The notes: a model not told the origin generated them from the letters alone. A stretch of 64,000 bases of DNA from Hormiphora californensis (GCA_020137815.1 CM035352.1:7254001-7318000); one strand, 5' to 3'. Shown: positions 12,675 through 25,632, counted from the first letter of the stretch. Made by a program: numbers and translations.

Positions 12675-13955
12675 GGGTACACCTCGGCAAAATTTTTGTC
12701 GAGTGCCCGCTTAGCTCTCCATATGGGGTTGTAGGGCATACCAAGCCGACCTCAAATATGCAATTTTAGCCCTTAACTCGAATTCATATTTTTGCTACAG
12801 CCCCTCAAAGTTTGACCCTAAAAACCGGTTTTTAAGGTCCCTAAATTTTATTTTTAGGGCTAGAAAGCTGAAAATTTAGGGATTCATAGAGAATACCAAG
12901 GTGTATAGCTCAAACAGAAATTTTTTTGAAATGGAGCTCAATTTTTTGTCTGAGACTATTTTACTTTTTTTGACTTTGAGGCCATATTTGAACATGTTCC
13001 TATGGACCGTTAAGGCTAAAAATTGGATATTTGGTGCTCCTCACAATTGTCAAAGTAGCCACAAATTTTCAGGAGGTCCGAATTTGAAATGTGGCCTACA
13101 GGTTTCTTTTTGTAAAGCACATATTTTAGGAAAACTTAAAATGGCTATATCTCAAAAACGGTAGGTCCTAGCGATCTAATTTTGTGATAAATCGATTCAG
13201 CGGGTCCGATTTTGGGGGGGTCGTCTCTTAGACATTTTGCTCTAAGTCTAACCGTTTTTTCAGAAATCGTATTTTAAGGTTTGTACATGTTTAGCAGAAA
13301 TGCTTCTTAGCTAGAGCTAATCTTACCTATTTCTGCTAAACATGTTCAAATCTTAAAATACGATTTCTGAAAAAACGGTTAGACTTAGAGCAAAATGTCT
13401 AAGAGACGACCCCCCCAAAATCGGACCCGCTGAATCGATTTATCACAAAATTAGATCGCTAGGACCTACCGTTTTTGAGATATAGCCATTTTAAGTTTTC
13501 CTAAAATATGTGCTTTACAAAAAGAAACCTGTAGGCCACATTTCAAATTCGGACCTCCTGAAAATTTGTGGCTACTTTGACAATTGTGAGGAGCACCAAA
13601 TATCCAATTTTTAGCCTTAACGGTCCATAGGAACATGTTCAAATATGGCCTCAAAGTCAAAAAAAGTAAAATAGTCTCAGACAAAAAATTGAGCTCCATT
13701 TCAAAAAAATTTCTGTTTGAGCTATACACCTTGGTATTCTCTATGAATCCCTAAATTTTCAGCTTTCTAGCCCTAAAAATAAAATTTAGGGACCTTAAAA
13801 ACCGGTTTTTAGGGTCAAACTTTGAGGGGCTGTAGCAAAAATATGAATTCGAGTTAAGGGCTAAAATTGCATATTTGAGGTCGGCTTGGTATGCCCTACA
13901 ACCCCATATGGAGAGCTAAGCGGGCACTCGACAAAAATTTTGCCGAGGTGTACCC
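12675..13955. mobile_element. Kolobok-type palindromic MITE (K)
   Basis: TTAA|GGGTACACCTCGGC...GCCGAGGTGTACCC|TTAA (TTAA TSD, RR...YY termini); ~625-bp arms. Confidence 0.75.
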
Positions 13956-13979
13956 TTAAACCCCTGTAAAAGAATTGAA

Positions 13980-14045
13980 GAAGTTTGCCCGACACTGTGA
14001 TAAGAAAATGGGTAACATGTTCATGCAAAACTGGTTGCGACGGGG
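13980..14045 (+). pseudogene. CXC (tesmin-like) remnant typical of Academ transposase C-termini
   Basis: SLPDTVIRKWVTCSCKTGCDG; mirrored copies at ~12585-12650 and ~15909-15974. Confidence 0.45.
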
Positions 14046-14507
14046 AAAGTGCGGCTTCCAACGAAGATCTTACAATGACGGGCTACATGAGAGAAAGGCA
14101 AAAGTGGATACAAAGACAAGGGCCTCAACACACATGTGAAGATGATAAAGAGAAGCTGATGAAGATTTCGCATAGTAATCTTTTCCATGTCTTTTCAACA
14201 TCCACAATTTTCAGCCTATAGAGTTAATAACGAAGAGATAGCTAAAGCGTGGGGGATGAAAAATGCAATGTGCGTGGCCCCACCTGAATATCTCTGATAA
14301 GGAGATAACTGTTAGAAACACCTCCTGCGGCGGTCAGGAAGAGTCGATTTCGCTTAGGACAGAGTTCAGAAGATAGCGGAACTCCTATTGACTAGTCATG
14401 TAGTCAACTAGCTTCTCTAGCTGAACTTCTTTATGCAATGATATCTGCCACGGGATCACAACTCTCCTGACTCCTGAGTGGAATAATTGGTGACGCAGCC
14501 ACCCCTA

Positions 14508-15446
14508 TAGTAGAGGCAATAATTACACTCACCTCCTCTGATTTCTATGAAACTTCTCCCATGCTAAGAGGTGGCAATAGAGGTTCAAATACCGCAGAGT
14601 TTAAGTCTGAACAAGGTTCGGTTCGTTAATTATCGCTAATTGAAAAACGCCAAAATGGCCTAAAATCGCCCTAAGTTCCAAATTGAAATTTTGGAGTTGA
14701 GACTCCAGACTTCGTGGAGATGTCCGCTAGGATGACAATGTGCACCAAAATCGGACGGAAGCCTAAATTCGTCCGAATTCGGTACGAAAAGCCGGGTAGA
14801 CTGAATTTTGGTCACGTGACATGGGTCCAAAATCAGTTTTTTGCCATTTACGCCTTTCCTGTACGTCGGAGACAAAAAATATGGCCAATACTTGTCATTT
14901 CCATCGCTTTCTGCATCTTTTAAGCCCTCTATAAATATCCCTTACTTCAACGGTTCAGTAGTTAGAGTTTTTCAGGAGACTAAAAGACGTCACTTCTGAA
15001 CCGTTGAAGTAAGGGATATATATAGGGGGCTTAAAAGATGCAGAAAGCGATGGAAATGACAAGTATTGGCCATATTTTTTGCCTCCGACGTACAGGAAAG
15101 GCGTAAATGACAAAAAACTGATTTTGGACCCATGTCACGTGACCAAAATTCAGTCTACCCGGCTTTTCGTACCGAATTCGGACGAATTTAGGCTTCCGTC
15201 CGATTTTGGTGCACATTGTCATCCTAGCGGACATCTCCACGAAGTCTGGAGTCTCAACTCCAAAATTTCAATTTGGAACTTAGGGCGATTTTAGGCCATT
15301 TTGGCGTTTTTCAATTAGCGATAATTAACGAACCGAACCTTGTTCAGACTTAAACTCTGCGGTATTTGAACCTCTATTGCCACCTCTTAGCATGGGAGAA
15401 GTTTCATAGAAATCAGAGGAGGTGAGTGTAATTATTGCCTCTACTA
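14508..15446. mobile_element. Academ-type palindromic MITE (B)
   Basis: TAGTAGAGGCAATAATTAC...GTAATTATTGCCTCTACTA (TAG...CTA termini) with ~450-bp TIRs. Confidence 0.6.
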
Positions 15447-15998
15447 TAGGGGTGGCTGCGTCACCAATTATTCCACTCAGGAGTCAGGAGAGTTGTGATC
15501 CCGTGGCAGATATCATTGCATAAAGAAGTTCAGCTAGAGAAGCTAGTTGACTACATGACTAGTCAATAGGAGTTCCGCTATCTTCTGAACTCTGTCCTAA
15601 GCGAAATCGACTCTTCCTGACCGCCGCAGGAGGTGTTTCTAACAGTTATCTCCTTATCAGAGATATTCAGGTGGGGCCACGCACATTGCATTTTTCATCC
15701 CCCACGCTTTAGCTATCTCTTCGTTATTAACTCTATAGGCTGAAAATTGTGGATGTTGAAAAGACATGGAAAAGATTACTATGCGAAATCTTCATCAGCT
15801 TCTCTTTATCATCTTCACATGTGTGTTGAGGCCCTTGTCTTTGTATCCACTTTTGCCTTTCTCTCATGTAGCCCGTCATTGTAAGATCTTCGTTGGAAGC
15901 CGCACTTTCCCCGTCGCAACCAGTTTTGCATGAACATGTTACCCATTTTCTTATCACAGTGTCGGGCAAACTTCTTCAATTCTTTTACAGGGGTTTAA

Positions 15999-17552
15999 GG
16001 GTACACCTCGGCAAAATTTTTGTCGAGTGCCCGCTTAGCTCTCCATATGGGGTTGTAGGGCATACCAAGCCGACCTCAAATATGCAATTTTAGCCCTTAA
16101 CTCGAATTCATATTTTTGCTACAGCCCCTCAAAGTTTGACCCTAAAAACCGGTTTTTAAGGTCCCTAAATTTTATTTTTAGGGCTAGAAAGCTGAAAATT
16201 TAGGGATTCATAGAGAATACCAAGGTGTATAGCTCAAACAGAAATTTTTTTGAAATGGAGCTCAATTTTTTGTCTGAGACTATTTTACTTTTTTTGACTT
16301 TGAGGCCATATTTGAACATGTTCCTATGGACCGTTAAGGCTAAAAATTGGATATTTGGTGCTCCTCACAATTGTCAAAGTAGCCACAAATTTTCAGGAGG
16401 TCCGAATTTGAAATGTGGCCTACAGGTTTCTTTTTGTAAAGCACATATTTTAGGAAAACTTAAAATGGCTATATCTCAAAAACGGTAGGTCCTAGCGATC
16501 TAATTTTGTGATAAATCGATTCAGCGGGTCCGATTTTGGGGGGGTCGTCTCTTAGACATTTTGCTCTAAGTCTAACCGTTTTTTCAGAAATCGTATTTTA
16601 AGATTTGAACATGTTTAGCAGAAATAGGTAAGATTAGCTCTAGCTAAGAAGCATTTCTGCTAAACATGTACAAACCTTAAAATACGATTTCTGAAAAAAC
16701 GGTTAGACTTAGAGCAAAATGTCTAAGAGACGACCCCCCCCCCCCCAAAATCGGACCCGCTGAATCGATTTAGCACGAAATTAGATCGCTAGGACCTACC
16801 GTTTTTGAGATATAGCCATTTTAAGTTTTCCTAAAATATGTGCTTTACAAAAAGAAACCTGTAGGCCACATTTCAAATTCGGACCTCCTGAAAATTTGTG
16901 GCTACTTTGAGTATATTAACACCAGTATGATCTCCAAGTTCAATTTGTTGCGTAGGACGTGCTGCTGAAAAAACGGTTAGACTTAGAGCAAAATGTCTAA
17001 GAGACGACCCCCCCAAAATCGGACCCGCTGAATCGATTTAGCACGAAATTAGATCGCTAGGACCTACCGTTTTTGAGATATAGCCATTTTAAGTTTTCCT
17101 AAAATATGTGCTTTACAAAAAGAAACCTGTAGGCCACATTTCAAATTCGGACCTCCTGAAAATTTGTGGCTACTTTGACAATTGTTAGGAGCACCAAATA
17201 TCCAATTTTTAGCCTTAACGGTCCATAGGAACATGTTCAAATATGGCCTCAAATTCAAAAAAAGTAAAATAGTCTCAGACAAAAAATTGAGCTCCATTTT
17301 AAAAAATTTCTGTTTGAGCTATACACCTTGGTATTCTCTATGAATCCCTAAATTTTCAGCTTTCTAGCCCTAAAAATAAAATTTAGGGACCTTAAAAACC
17401 GGTTTTTAGGGTCAAACTTTGAGGGGCTGTAGCAAAAATATGAATTCGAGTTAAGGGCTAAAATTGCATATTTAAGGTCGGCTTGGTATGCCCTACAACC
17501 CCATATGGAGAGCTAAGCGGGCACTCGACAAAAATTTTGCCGAGGTGTACCC
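15999..17552. mobile_element. Second Kolobok-type MITE (K2) with internal tandem duplication
   Basis: Same termini and TTAA on both sides. ~16692-16910 is repeated at ~16965-17178, with ~54 bp of filler between. Confidence 0.75.
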
Positions 17553-17561
17553 TTAACAATG

Positions 17562-17665
17562 CCCTAGTCGCGTCGGTAAGTTGCATTTACCGCTCGGTAA
17601 GTGTCGGTATACCGAAGCTTACCGAGCGGTAAATGCAACTTACCGACGCGACGTGTTTACTAGGG
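17562..17665. repeat. GC-rich hairpin with GGTAAG motifs ending in TTTACTAG
   Basis: GTCGCGTCGGTAAGTTGCATTTACCGCTCGGTAAG / CTTACCGAGCGGTAAATGCAACTTACCGACGCGAC. Confidence 0.7.
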
Positions 17666-17775
17666 TGCCTTCCTCAGAACTACTAAGTGGACAGTTTATA
17701 AATACAGTTATCAAATAAATATTAATCGTTCTCGTCGGCGGTCGAGGTCCCACAAGAAGGAATTCGAATCTGTCC

Positions 17776-18168
17776 CAACTGATCTCCCTGCTGCCTGGTA
17801 GGAGTGCACGCTGGTGAATCTGGCATCCTCAACTGATCACCCTGCAGCAGGTCCTGGTAGGAGTGCACGCTGGTGAATCTGGCATCCTCAACTGATCACC
17901 CTGCAGCAGGTCCTGGTAGGAGTGCACGCTGGTGAATCTGGCATCCTCAACTGATCACCCTGCAGCAGGTCCTGGTAGGAGTGCACGCTGGTGAATCTGG
18001 CATCCTCAACTGATCACCCTGCAGCAGGTCCTGGTAGGAGTGCACGCTGGTGAATCTGGCATCCTCAACTGATCACCCTGCAGCAGGTCCTGGTAGGAGT
18101 GCACGCTGGTGAATCTGGCATCCTCAACTGATCACCCTGCAGCAGGTCCTGGTAGGAGTGCACGCTGG
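17776..18168. repeat. 59-bp minisatellite, ~6.6 near-identical copies
   Basis: Unit CCTGGTAGGAGTGCACGCTGGTGAATCTGGCATCCTCAACTGATCACCCTGCAGCAGGT; GGTCCCACAAGA lies on both sides (~17746 and ~18167). Confidence 0.95.
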
Positions 18169-18434
18169 TCCCACAAGACCTCTCCTTCAAAGGATCTGTC
18201 AAAGGTTTTCTCGACTGTTTCCCTCCGCTCGTCCTCCCGCCAATTCTTCTCCACTGGAGAGATATATACAACATAATATATAGCGGTGGGTGCTACTGGA
18301 GTTCCTGAAGCTGACGCTAAGTACCTTTCATTGTTACAGGTAACACCTCATAACATTTTACCTGCCATTATATGTGACTAGTAGTCATGCATATTGTAGT
18401 CACTGACTACAATATGCATGTCAACTTCTTTTCA

Positions 18435-19085
18435 ATCATACTATTATTAAAGCAAATAGGGAAATCCAGTGTAACGTTTTTTACCTTATATGGCATTTAG
18501 CACGTGCAGGTTTAGAGCCTAGAGGTGAACTGTGGAGTACTATTGGAGTGGGGCCAGGAGTCGGAGCCGTTGCCAATGGCATGGTTGCTACTGTTATACT
18601 GCACGTGCACGTGCATTTGATCTTGCTTTAGTCTGTTTCACTGTTCCAGCTAATTATATGCTCTCTTCAACAACTCTTGATATACGACAGCGACAATTGG
18701 AGTTATTCACGCAAGATCTCACCGCTATTCTCTACTTTTCCATACACTGAGGGGTTCAAATGCAGCATCACCAAAAGAAGTGCAGAGAGAACGAACAAGA
18801 CGTTAGAGGTTAAACAGAACCGATGATCAATCTCAGAGATTAAGGCAGATGAATACTGCAAGCAGACGAAATAGTAAGTTCTTTTATAACTTTGATCGCC
18901 GGATCATCATTTGACGTTCTGAAACCAGAAACTCGCAGCGATCCCGCCTGAGCTCCTTCTAAGGTACCGTTACTTAAGATGGGATTGTGCATGTCATTAG
19001 TTAGACTGATGATGTCAGTGTTCCCTATTCCAGCTACCAATACCATTTCCCCGAAATTCGCCCGTAGGGCGAACGGGTTTACTAG
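18435..19085 (+). mobile_element. Non-autonomous Helitron, 5'-truncated copy
   Basis: 3' hairpin TTCGCCC-GTA-GGGCGAA, 8 nt, then CTAG|T; homologous to 19627-20242. Confidence 0.75.
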
Positions 19086-19511
19086 TAGGAAGAAGGAGGG
19101 ATGAAGTCGAGGAGGAAATTGGATGGGAGCTTGGTCCTCTCGTCGAACTTTTCTCCTTACCAGAGCCTCTATCTGATCTGGAGAGCCTCTATCTGCTCTG
19201 GAGAGCCTCTATCTGCTCTGGAGAGAGTGGACAACTTCACAATTTCCTGTGGAGTCAAATATGAATATGAAAACACAAATATTTTCCGCTTTGTTTTGAG
19301 TTATTGTGAGTTCACTGTCCTCCTTCTCAATTATATAATCCGGGTTTATTGATTTTGCAGCAACACTCTCGACATATCACATAAAACAGATGCTATGACA
19401 ACTTGCAAGTTCAAAAGATGATTTATTTGCATAAAAAACAGGAAACGCAGTAGCAAAAGATGATAAAAGTGATAAAATTAATGGGCCCATTCTACTGAAG
19501 GGTCTCTAGTA

Positions 19512-20242
19512 TCTATACAAAATGATCAATAACTAGTATAAACGCAGAGATGAAAAGATGAAAAAAGGTTAAAAGAAATAACAAGTTAAGTGGTAAAAAT
19601 ATACAACTCTGAAAAGATGATAGAACATCATACTATTATTAAAGCAAATAGGGAAATGATGGGTGATGATATTTTTACCAAATATGGCATTTTGCACGTG
19701 CAGGTTTAGAGGTGGAGTACTATAGCTGGAGTGGGGCCAGGGGTGTGAGTCGTTACCAAGGATTGTTACTACGTACTGCAGCTGCACGTGCAGCTGTTCT
19801 TGCTTTGTATTGTGTCACTGTTCCAGCTATTATACTCTCTTCAACAACCGTTGATATACGAAAGCGACAATTGGAGATCTCACTACTTTTCTCTACTTTT
19901 CCATACACTGAGGGATTTAAATACAGCAACACCAAGAGAAGTGCAGAGACAACAAAAAAGACGTTGGAGGTTAGACAGAACCGATGATCAATCTCAGATG
20001 AATACTGCAAACAGACGAAACGCGAGGAGTCTGCAAAATAGTAAGTTCTTTTATCACTTTGATCGCCCGATCATCATCATCTGACGTTCTGAAACTCGCA
20101 GCGATCCCGCCTGAGCTCCTTTTACGGTACAGTAACTTAAGATGGGATGGTGCATGTCAACAGTTCGACTGGTGATGTCAGTGCTCCATAACCCAGCTAC
20201 CATTTCCCCGAAATTCGCCCGTAGGGCGAACGGGTTTACTAG
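19512..20242 (+). mobile_element. Non-autonomous Helitron, probably complete
   Basis: A|TCTATAC at the 5' end; hairpin plus CTAG|T at the 3' end; no TSD. Confidence 0.75.
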
Positions 20243-23200
20243 TGCTTATAATACTGATAAAACATAATGCATAATTGTCGATAGAATATCTTTTATCCCT
20301 TAGTTGATCCCCCCCAACCTCAGCTTGGAGATGCCTAATCACTCCGTCAAGTAGGACCTACAGTGTGTGAAAGCTGGGTCTGCTAGTATCTCTCTTCGTG
20401 TTCTGGATTTTAGATCCCTATTGAGCCCACTTACAATTAATTAATAAATTGAATAAAGCGTCTAGTGACGAAGGATCGGCTGTTGGAAAGCTTCGTCAGC
20501 CAGTAAATCCCTCCCCGTTCGGGATTCCAGATCTCTTTAGGCCACTCACAATCAATGGAGAAGAGTGTTTGGTGACGAAGGATCGGCTGACTCTCTCTCT
20601 CTTACAAAAAAAAGTTACAGACAATACATTGTTATATGTCTGTAATTTTTCTTTTTTATATCCTCTGGCCCAATACCCCGCAGGATATTCTGCATTTCCA
20701 TTCATGTACGTTCTCTCGAACTCCAGCAGAAACGATGAACGTATTCTGCGCTAGCTGGGTCCTACGTTTATAATAGACCGGTTGTCAGGGAGAATGAGGT
20801 TAGACGTTTTCGGTTTTATCGAATAAACACGTCATGATCATTCTGATCAAGTCGAATAATATTTTTCCCATATTGGTGAAGACGCTTCTGCTGAAGGATC
20901 TTCCTCCATCATCAGCCTCTTTACTAGCCTAGTATTAGTATTAGTATTAAATACTAGGGGTTTACCATTCACAAAGAGTCTTTGCGACTTCCCTAGTGTC
21001 TGCATCAATCCTTTATTACCTATAAAGTTATATGTAAAGTGTGTCTATTTTATAAAGCAGGTCTTTGCAACTTTCTCTAAAAGTGTCTGTATCATCAGTT
21101 GGGGTCGTATCATCAGTTGGGGCCCGTTGAACCTTACAAATAGTTCTTGCTGCAGGTGTTGGTTTCCAGCTTTCGTTCTCCTGTACCTGGATTTGTCGGC
21201 GGAGTCGAGTTGGCTACTTGATATTATCCACTGGTTTAGCACCATATATGCCTATCATGTCCGTAGAAATGAAACACGGAGATTTACGCAAACATATGTT
21301 TCACAGAATGTAACATTCCGCTCATCAGTGCTCAAATACTCAAATGACAAGGTTGAGCACTTTCGGTGGTAAGCGCAACTTCATGCCTATCATGTCACTA
21401 TCCAATTTTTATATAACACGGTTTTTGGCTTTTAGTGAAAACTCAACTCACTTCGAAACCCCCCTCCCCTCATTTTATTTACTTTTCATTTTCTACAATG
21501 TGGATCGGACACACTGTGGATCGGATATTTCCATGAAACTGGAGCTACGGTCTCACCCACTGACATCCCTATTATTATTATTTGTCATACCCTCTAGCCA
21601 CAAGTCCTCTTCCTGCTACTGAAAAAGCAGCTCCTCCAGTAACGCCTTGTCCATAGGCCGGACCGCGCGCTACGTTTAGTTCAGGTGCACCGTACCCAAC
21701 ATTATATATCAGGAATAATAAATTTATCGAACTAGAAATATATAGTGCAAATTATTGAAGTGTTATCATACTGCATTAGACAACAATGACAGAATGAGGT
21801 TACTATTTGTCAGAAGTGGCAGCAGGAACATCAGAAGTGATCCGATGTGTACCTCGGCAGTTGCTAAAGCCACAATCGTGGCCAGCTGCAAAGTTCCGGC
21901 ATAGTCTCGGAGTGTCAGACATGACCTATAAATTCAGGTACAAGGATAGTTAACAGAATCTAATATAGTTCGGAAAATCCCAATCCTCCCATTCTTTCGG
22001 CCCTCCCACCAATCGTCCCTTGTCTAAGATTTAGATTGCCGCGTTTTCAATGTATAATATATTCCAGGTAAAAAAGCCAATTGCTATGTTATAAGTCCCT
22101 CCGTGGCGTCGTTCACGCATCTTTATATATTTAAACTAAATTGTAATTTTATCCCACTTTTGAGCACTGCGGCTTTCATATTACACATGTGAAAAGTGAG
22201 CGTGGTGACACTGGTTTTCCTGGTCATTCTTCCATACCATCTCTATCTCTTGTTGATGGGATATGCAATGCATATTATGCATCCCCATCCCCATACTTTA
22301 GACGTGGATAGCCTCCAATAACTGTTTGTCAGAACTCGCGGAGAAGCCCTGTTCAATAACCAAAATATAGGTGCATAGTCATTCAATAACTCTGGTTCCG
22401 GAACAGGATCTCCGGAATCCGCAATACTGGTGTTTCCACCCTGGTCCTCTTCCATGCAGTTTGCTAAGTAAGGGGAATAGTAACATGTGTAGTAAAAAAC
22501 ATTACACTGTATGTCTGGTAGAGGGCAGTGGAATGGAACGAGTATCCATACAGATGGGGCCGGGGTACCCATAAGCATGGGCAAATGCTGGGGGTGATGG
22601 GTATCTAACGGCTAAACGGTTAGGGGCCACCGGGGGCTCTTTTAGTCCCTAGCCAGTCTTTATGTCAGTCTTATGTGTATTATGTATGGATAGTTTATAT
22701 AAACAATTTAATTCCAAGTTGACTGTGTCAATCAACCTGAAAGTTATAGATGAAATCCGTTTAAACAGCCTCCTTAATTGGTAGGATATACATTTTCTGC
22801 TTCGTCATCACGGACGATCAATCGCAAAAACATACGTGATTCCTCTCCAGCCATAATCCATTCAGATATAACCAACTCTTCCATTCGCTCACCAGCACGA
22901 ACCCCAGGTGGAGGAGCCGGGTCTGTGTACACTGTACATGCTGCACTATTTCGGACCATCTTATCATCATTATTCAGAAATAATAAATTTATCGAACTAG
23001 AAATATATAGTGCAAATTATTGAAGTGTAATCATACTGCATTAGACAATAATGGCAGAATGAGGTTACTATTTGTCAGAAGTGGCAGGAGGACATCCGAA
23101 GTTATTCGGTGAGTTCCTCGGCAGTTTGTGAAGCCACAATCGTGTCCAGCTGCTAAGTACCGGCAGAGAGTGTTGTCAACATGACCTATAAATTCAGGTA

Positions 23201-23679
23201 CAAGGATAGTTAACAGAATCTAATATAGCGGGGAAAATCCCAATCCTCCCATTCTTTCGGCCCTCCCGCCAATCGTCCCTTGTCTTAGATTTAGATTGCC
23301 GCGTTTTCAATATGTTCCAGGTAAAAAAGCCAATTGCTATGTTATCAGTCTCCTCCTGGCGTCGTTCACGCATCTTTATATATTTAAACTAAATTGTAAT
23401 TTTATCCCACTTTTGAGCACTGCGGCTTTCATATTACACATGTGTAAAGTGAGCGTGGTGACACTGGTTTTCCTGGTCATTCTTCCATCTCTATCTCTTG
23501 TTGATGATGAAAATTGACTGGTAGGATACCAGTGGGTTATATCGTAGATATCTTATCGGATAGAACATGCACGGTTTTTTTACTTACGCTCAGCAGGTGA
23601 GAACATGTTTGTGACTGGAGAGAAGGACCTGCGACTCCTTTGCCATTTAGATTGTTGTTTGGTAGGAGTTTGATTGCCA

Positions 23680-24402
23680 CTTTTATGCCATCTGTGGTGA
23701 GGAATTTTGGGAGAAATTCCTCCCCCGTGTCCGTATAGGTGGGATACTTTTATGCCATCTGTGGTGAGGAATTTTGGGAGAAATTCCCCCCCCCCCCCCC
23801 CCGTGTCCGTATAGGTGGGATACTTTTATGCCATCTGTGGTGAGGAATTTTGGGAGAAATTCCTCCCCCGTGTCCGTATAGGTGGGATACTTGTGGTGAG
23901 GAATTTTGGGAGAAATTCCTCCCCCGTGTCCGTATAGGTGGGATACTTTTATGCCATCTGTGGTGAGGAATTTTGGGAGAAATTCCTCCCCCGTGTCCGT
24001 ATAGGTGGGATACTTTTATGCCATCTGTGGTGAGGAATTTTGGGAGAAATTCCTCCCCCGTGTCCGTATAGGTGGGATACTTTTATGCCATCTGTGGTGA
24101 GGAATTTTGGGAGAAATTCCTCCCCCGTGTCCGTATAGGTGGGATACTTTTATGCCATCTGTGGTGAGGAATTTTGGGAGAAATTCCTCCCCCGTGTCCG
24201 TATAGGTGGGATACTTTTATGCCATCTGTGGTGAGGAATTTTGGGAGAAATTCCTCCCCCGTGTCCGTATAGGTGGGATACTTTTATGCCATCTGTAGTG
24301 AGGAATTTTGGGAGAAATTCCTCCCCCGTGTCCGTATAGGTGGGATACTTTTATGCCATCTGTAGTGAGGAATTTTGGGAGAAATTCCTCCCCCGTGTCC
24401 GG
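23680..24402. repeat. 67-bp minisatellite, ~11 copies
   Basis: Unit GGATACTTTTATGCCATCTGTGGTGAGGAATTTTGGGAGAAATTCCTCCCCCGTGTCCGTATAGGTG; only ~2 copies in the paralogous block at ~26751-26873. Confidence 0.95.
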
Positions 24403-24896
24403 ATCCACCTGAACCACTTTGCACTGGAAATATAATTTGATTAATCGATTTTTTGAGACTTCAATGAACAGAACCGTTTAAACCAGATTGATATATTACT
24501 CACCCATTCCTTGAGTAACGAGTACAAGCGGTTAAACTCGGTTTTTTTGTTGTTCCTTAACAGTTGACAATTTACGGTGTTCTCCCCACCCTTCTATTGT
24601 CAGAAGTGGCAGCAGAACATCCGAAGTTATTCGGTGAGTTCCTCGGCAGTTTGTGAAGCCATAATCGTGTCCAGCTGCAAAGTTCCGGCAGAGAGTGTTG
24701 TCAGACATGACCTATAAATTCAGGTACAAGGATAGTTAACAGAATCTAATATAGTTCGCGGGGAAAATCCCAATCCTCCCATTCTTTCGGCCCTCCCGCC
24801 AATCGTCCCTTGTCTAAGATTTAGATTGCCGCGTTTTCAATGTATAATATGTTCCAGTTAAAAAAGCCAATTGTTATGTTATAAGTCCTTCCGTGG

Positions 24897-25632
24897 TGGT
24901 GTAAGGGAGTCAGTTGATATATTCTGGGGCGTTACCAATGATTACCGATCCGAGAGACTAAGTAAACGCAGTGGTTTCGTGGGTTGAAGTAAAGAATGAA
25001 AAGTACCCAGGTTTCTCGTTCTTTCAGAAGTCACCAAATATACTCGTCTTTCCCGAAAGTCATACATGCAATAAGGTTAAAAGTCAGTGCTACACTGTAT
25101 ACAATATTAACATTCGTTACTTTTTCTATTTTTCTCTTTTACTAACCGTGTGATTTCAATTCTCAATCAAAATAGTGTCTTTCTCCCACACACCATAATA
25201 GTGTCTTTCTCTCATCCTCCACATCACCAGGGGCTAGAGTTAAGGTTCAGTAAAAATATCCTCTGAAGTTCCAAGGGGAGTTACACTGTTACATCGATTT
25301 GGCCGATTCCTTCCACTCCGGAACAATGGAACATCTCTTCAATGGGCGGTGGGTAGGCTGGTATAGAACACAGGGAGTAATTTAACTGGATCAGACACCG
25401 GTATGTCCCACTCTTTTTAGGCTAATGTCTCTGGGGCCACCGAAGCCACCAGTTGGTGTAAGGGAGTCAGTTGATATATTCTGGGGCGTTACCAATGATT
25501 ACCGATCCGAGAGACTAATTAAACGCAGTGGTTTCGTGGGTTGAAGTAAAGAATGAAAAGTACCCAGAGTTTACAGAAAAGGTTTCTCGTTGTTTCAGAA
25601 GTCACCAAATATACTCCTCTTTCCCGAAAGTC
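24897..25632 (-). mobile_element. TRIM-like miniature LTR retroelement
   Basis: Direct repeats 24897-25062 and 25454-25632. On the minus strand: LTR end CTTACACCA, 2 nt, PBS TGGTGGCTTCGGTGG (tRNA-Leu-like); purine tract before TGTTAA at 25112; ~340-bp non-coding interior. Confidence 0.6.

Larger units (their letters stand above)
12123..17552. repeat. Nested giant palindrome: A-K-rc(A)-B-rc(B)-A-K2
   Basis: 12123-14507 is symmetric about ~13315. A second symmetry axis at ~14977 pairs 13466-13729 with 16225-16488 and 13985-14221 with 15733-15969, as the mirrored ORFs in the track also show. Confidence 0.95.

Noticed and set aside
12901-17297. Four copies of the MYSSNRNFF/MELNFLSE ORF as a gene family
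   Set aside because: They lie within MITE arms and are duplicated only by the palindrome.
17776-18168. CRISPR array (also considered for 23680-24402 and 48997-51260)
   Set aside because: Units are head-to-tail with no unique spacers, there are no cas genes, and the context is eukaryotic.
20461-20590. LTR element with PBS (repeated GTGACGAAGGATCGGCTG)
   Set aside because: Only an 18-bp repeat; no paired LTRs or PPT found.
21090-21125. Hammerhead ribozyme from two minus-strand CTGATGA motifs
   Set aside because: I could not form stems II and III around a GAAA.
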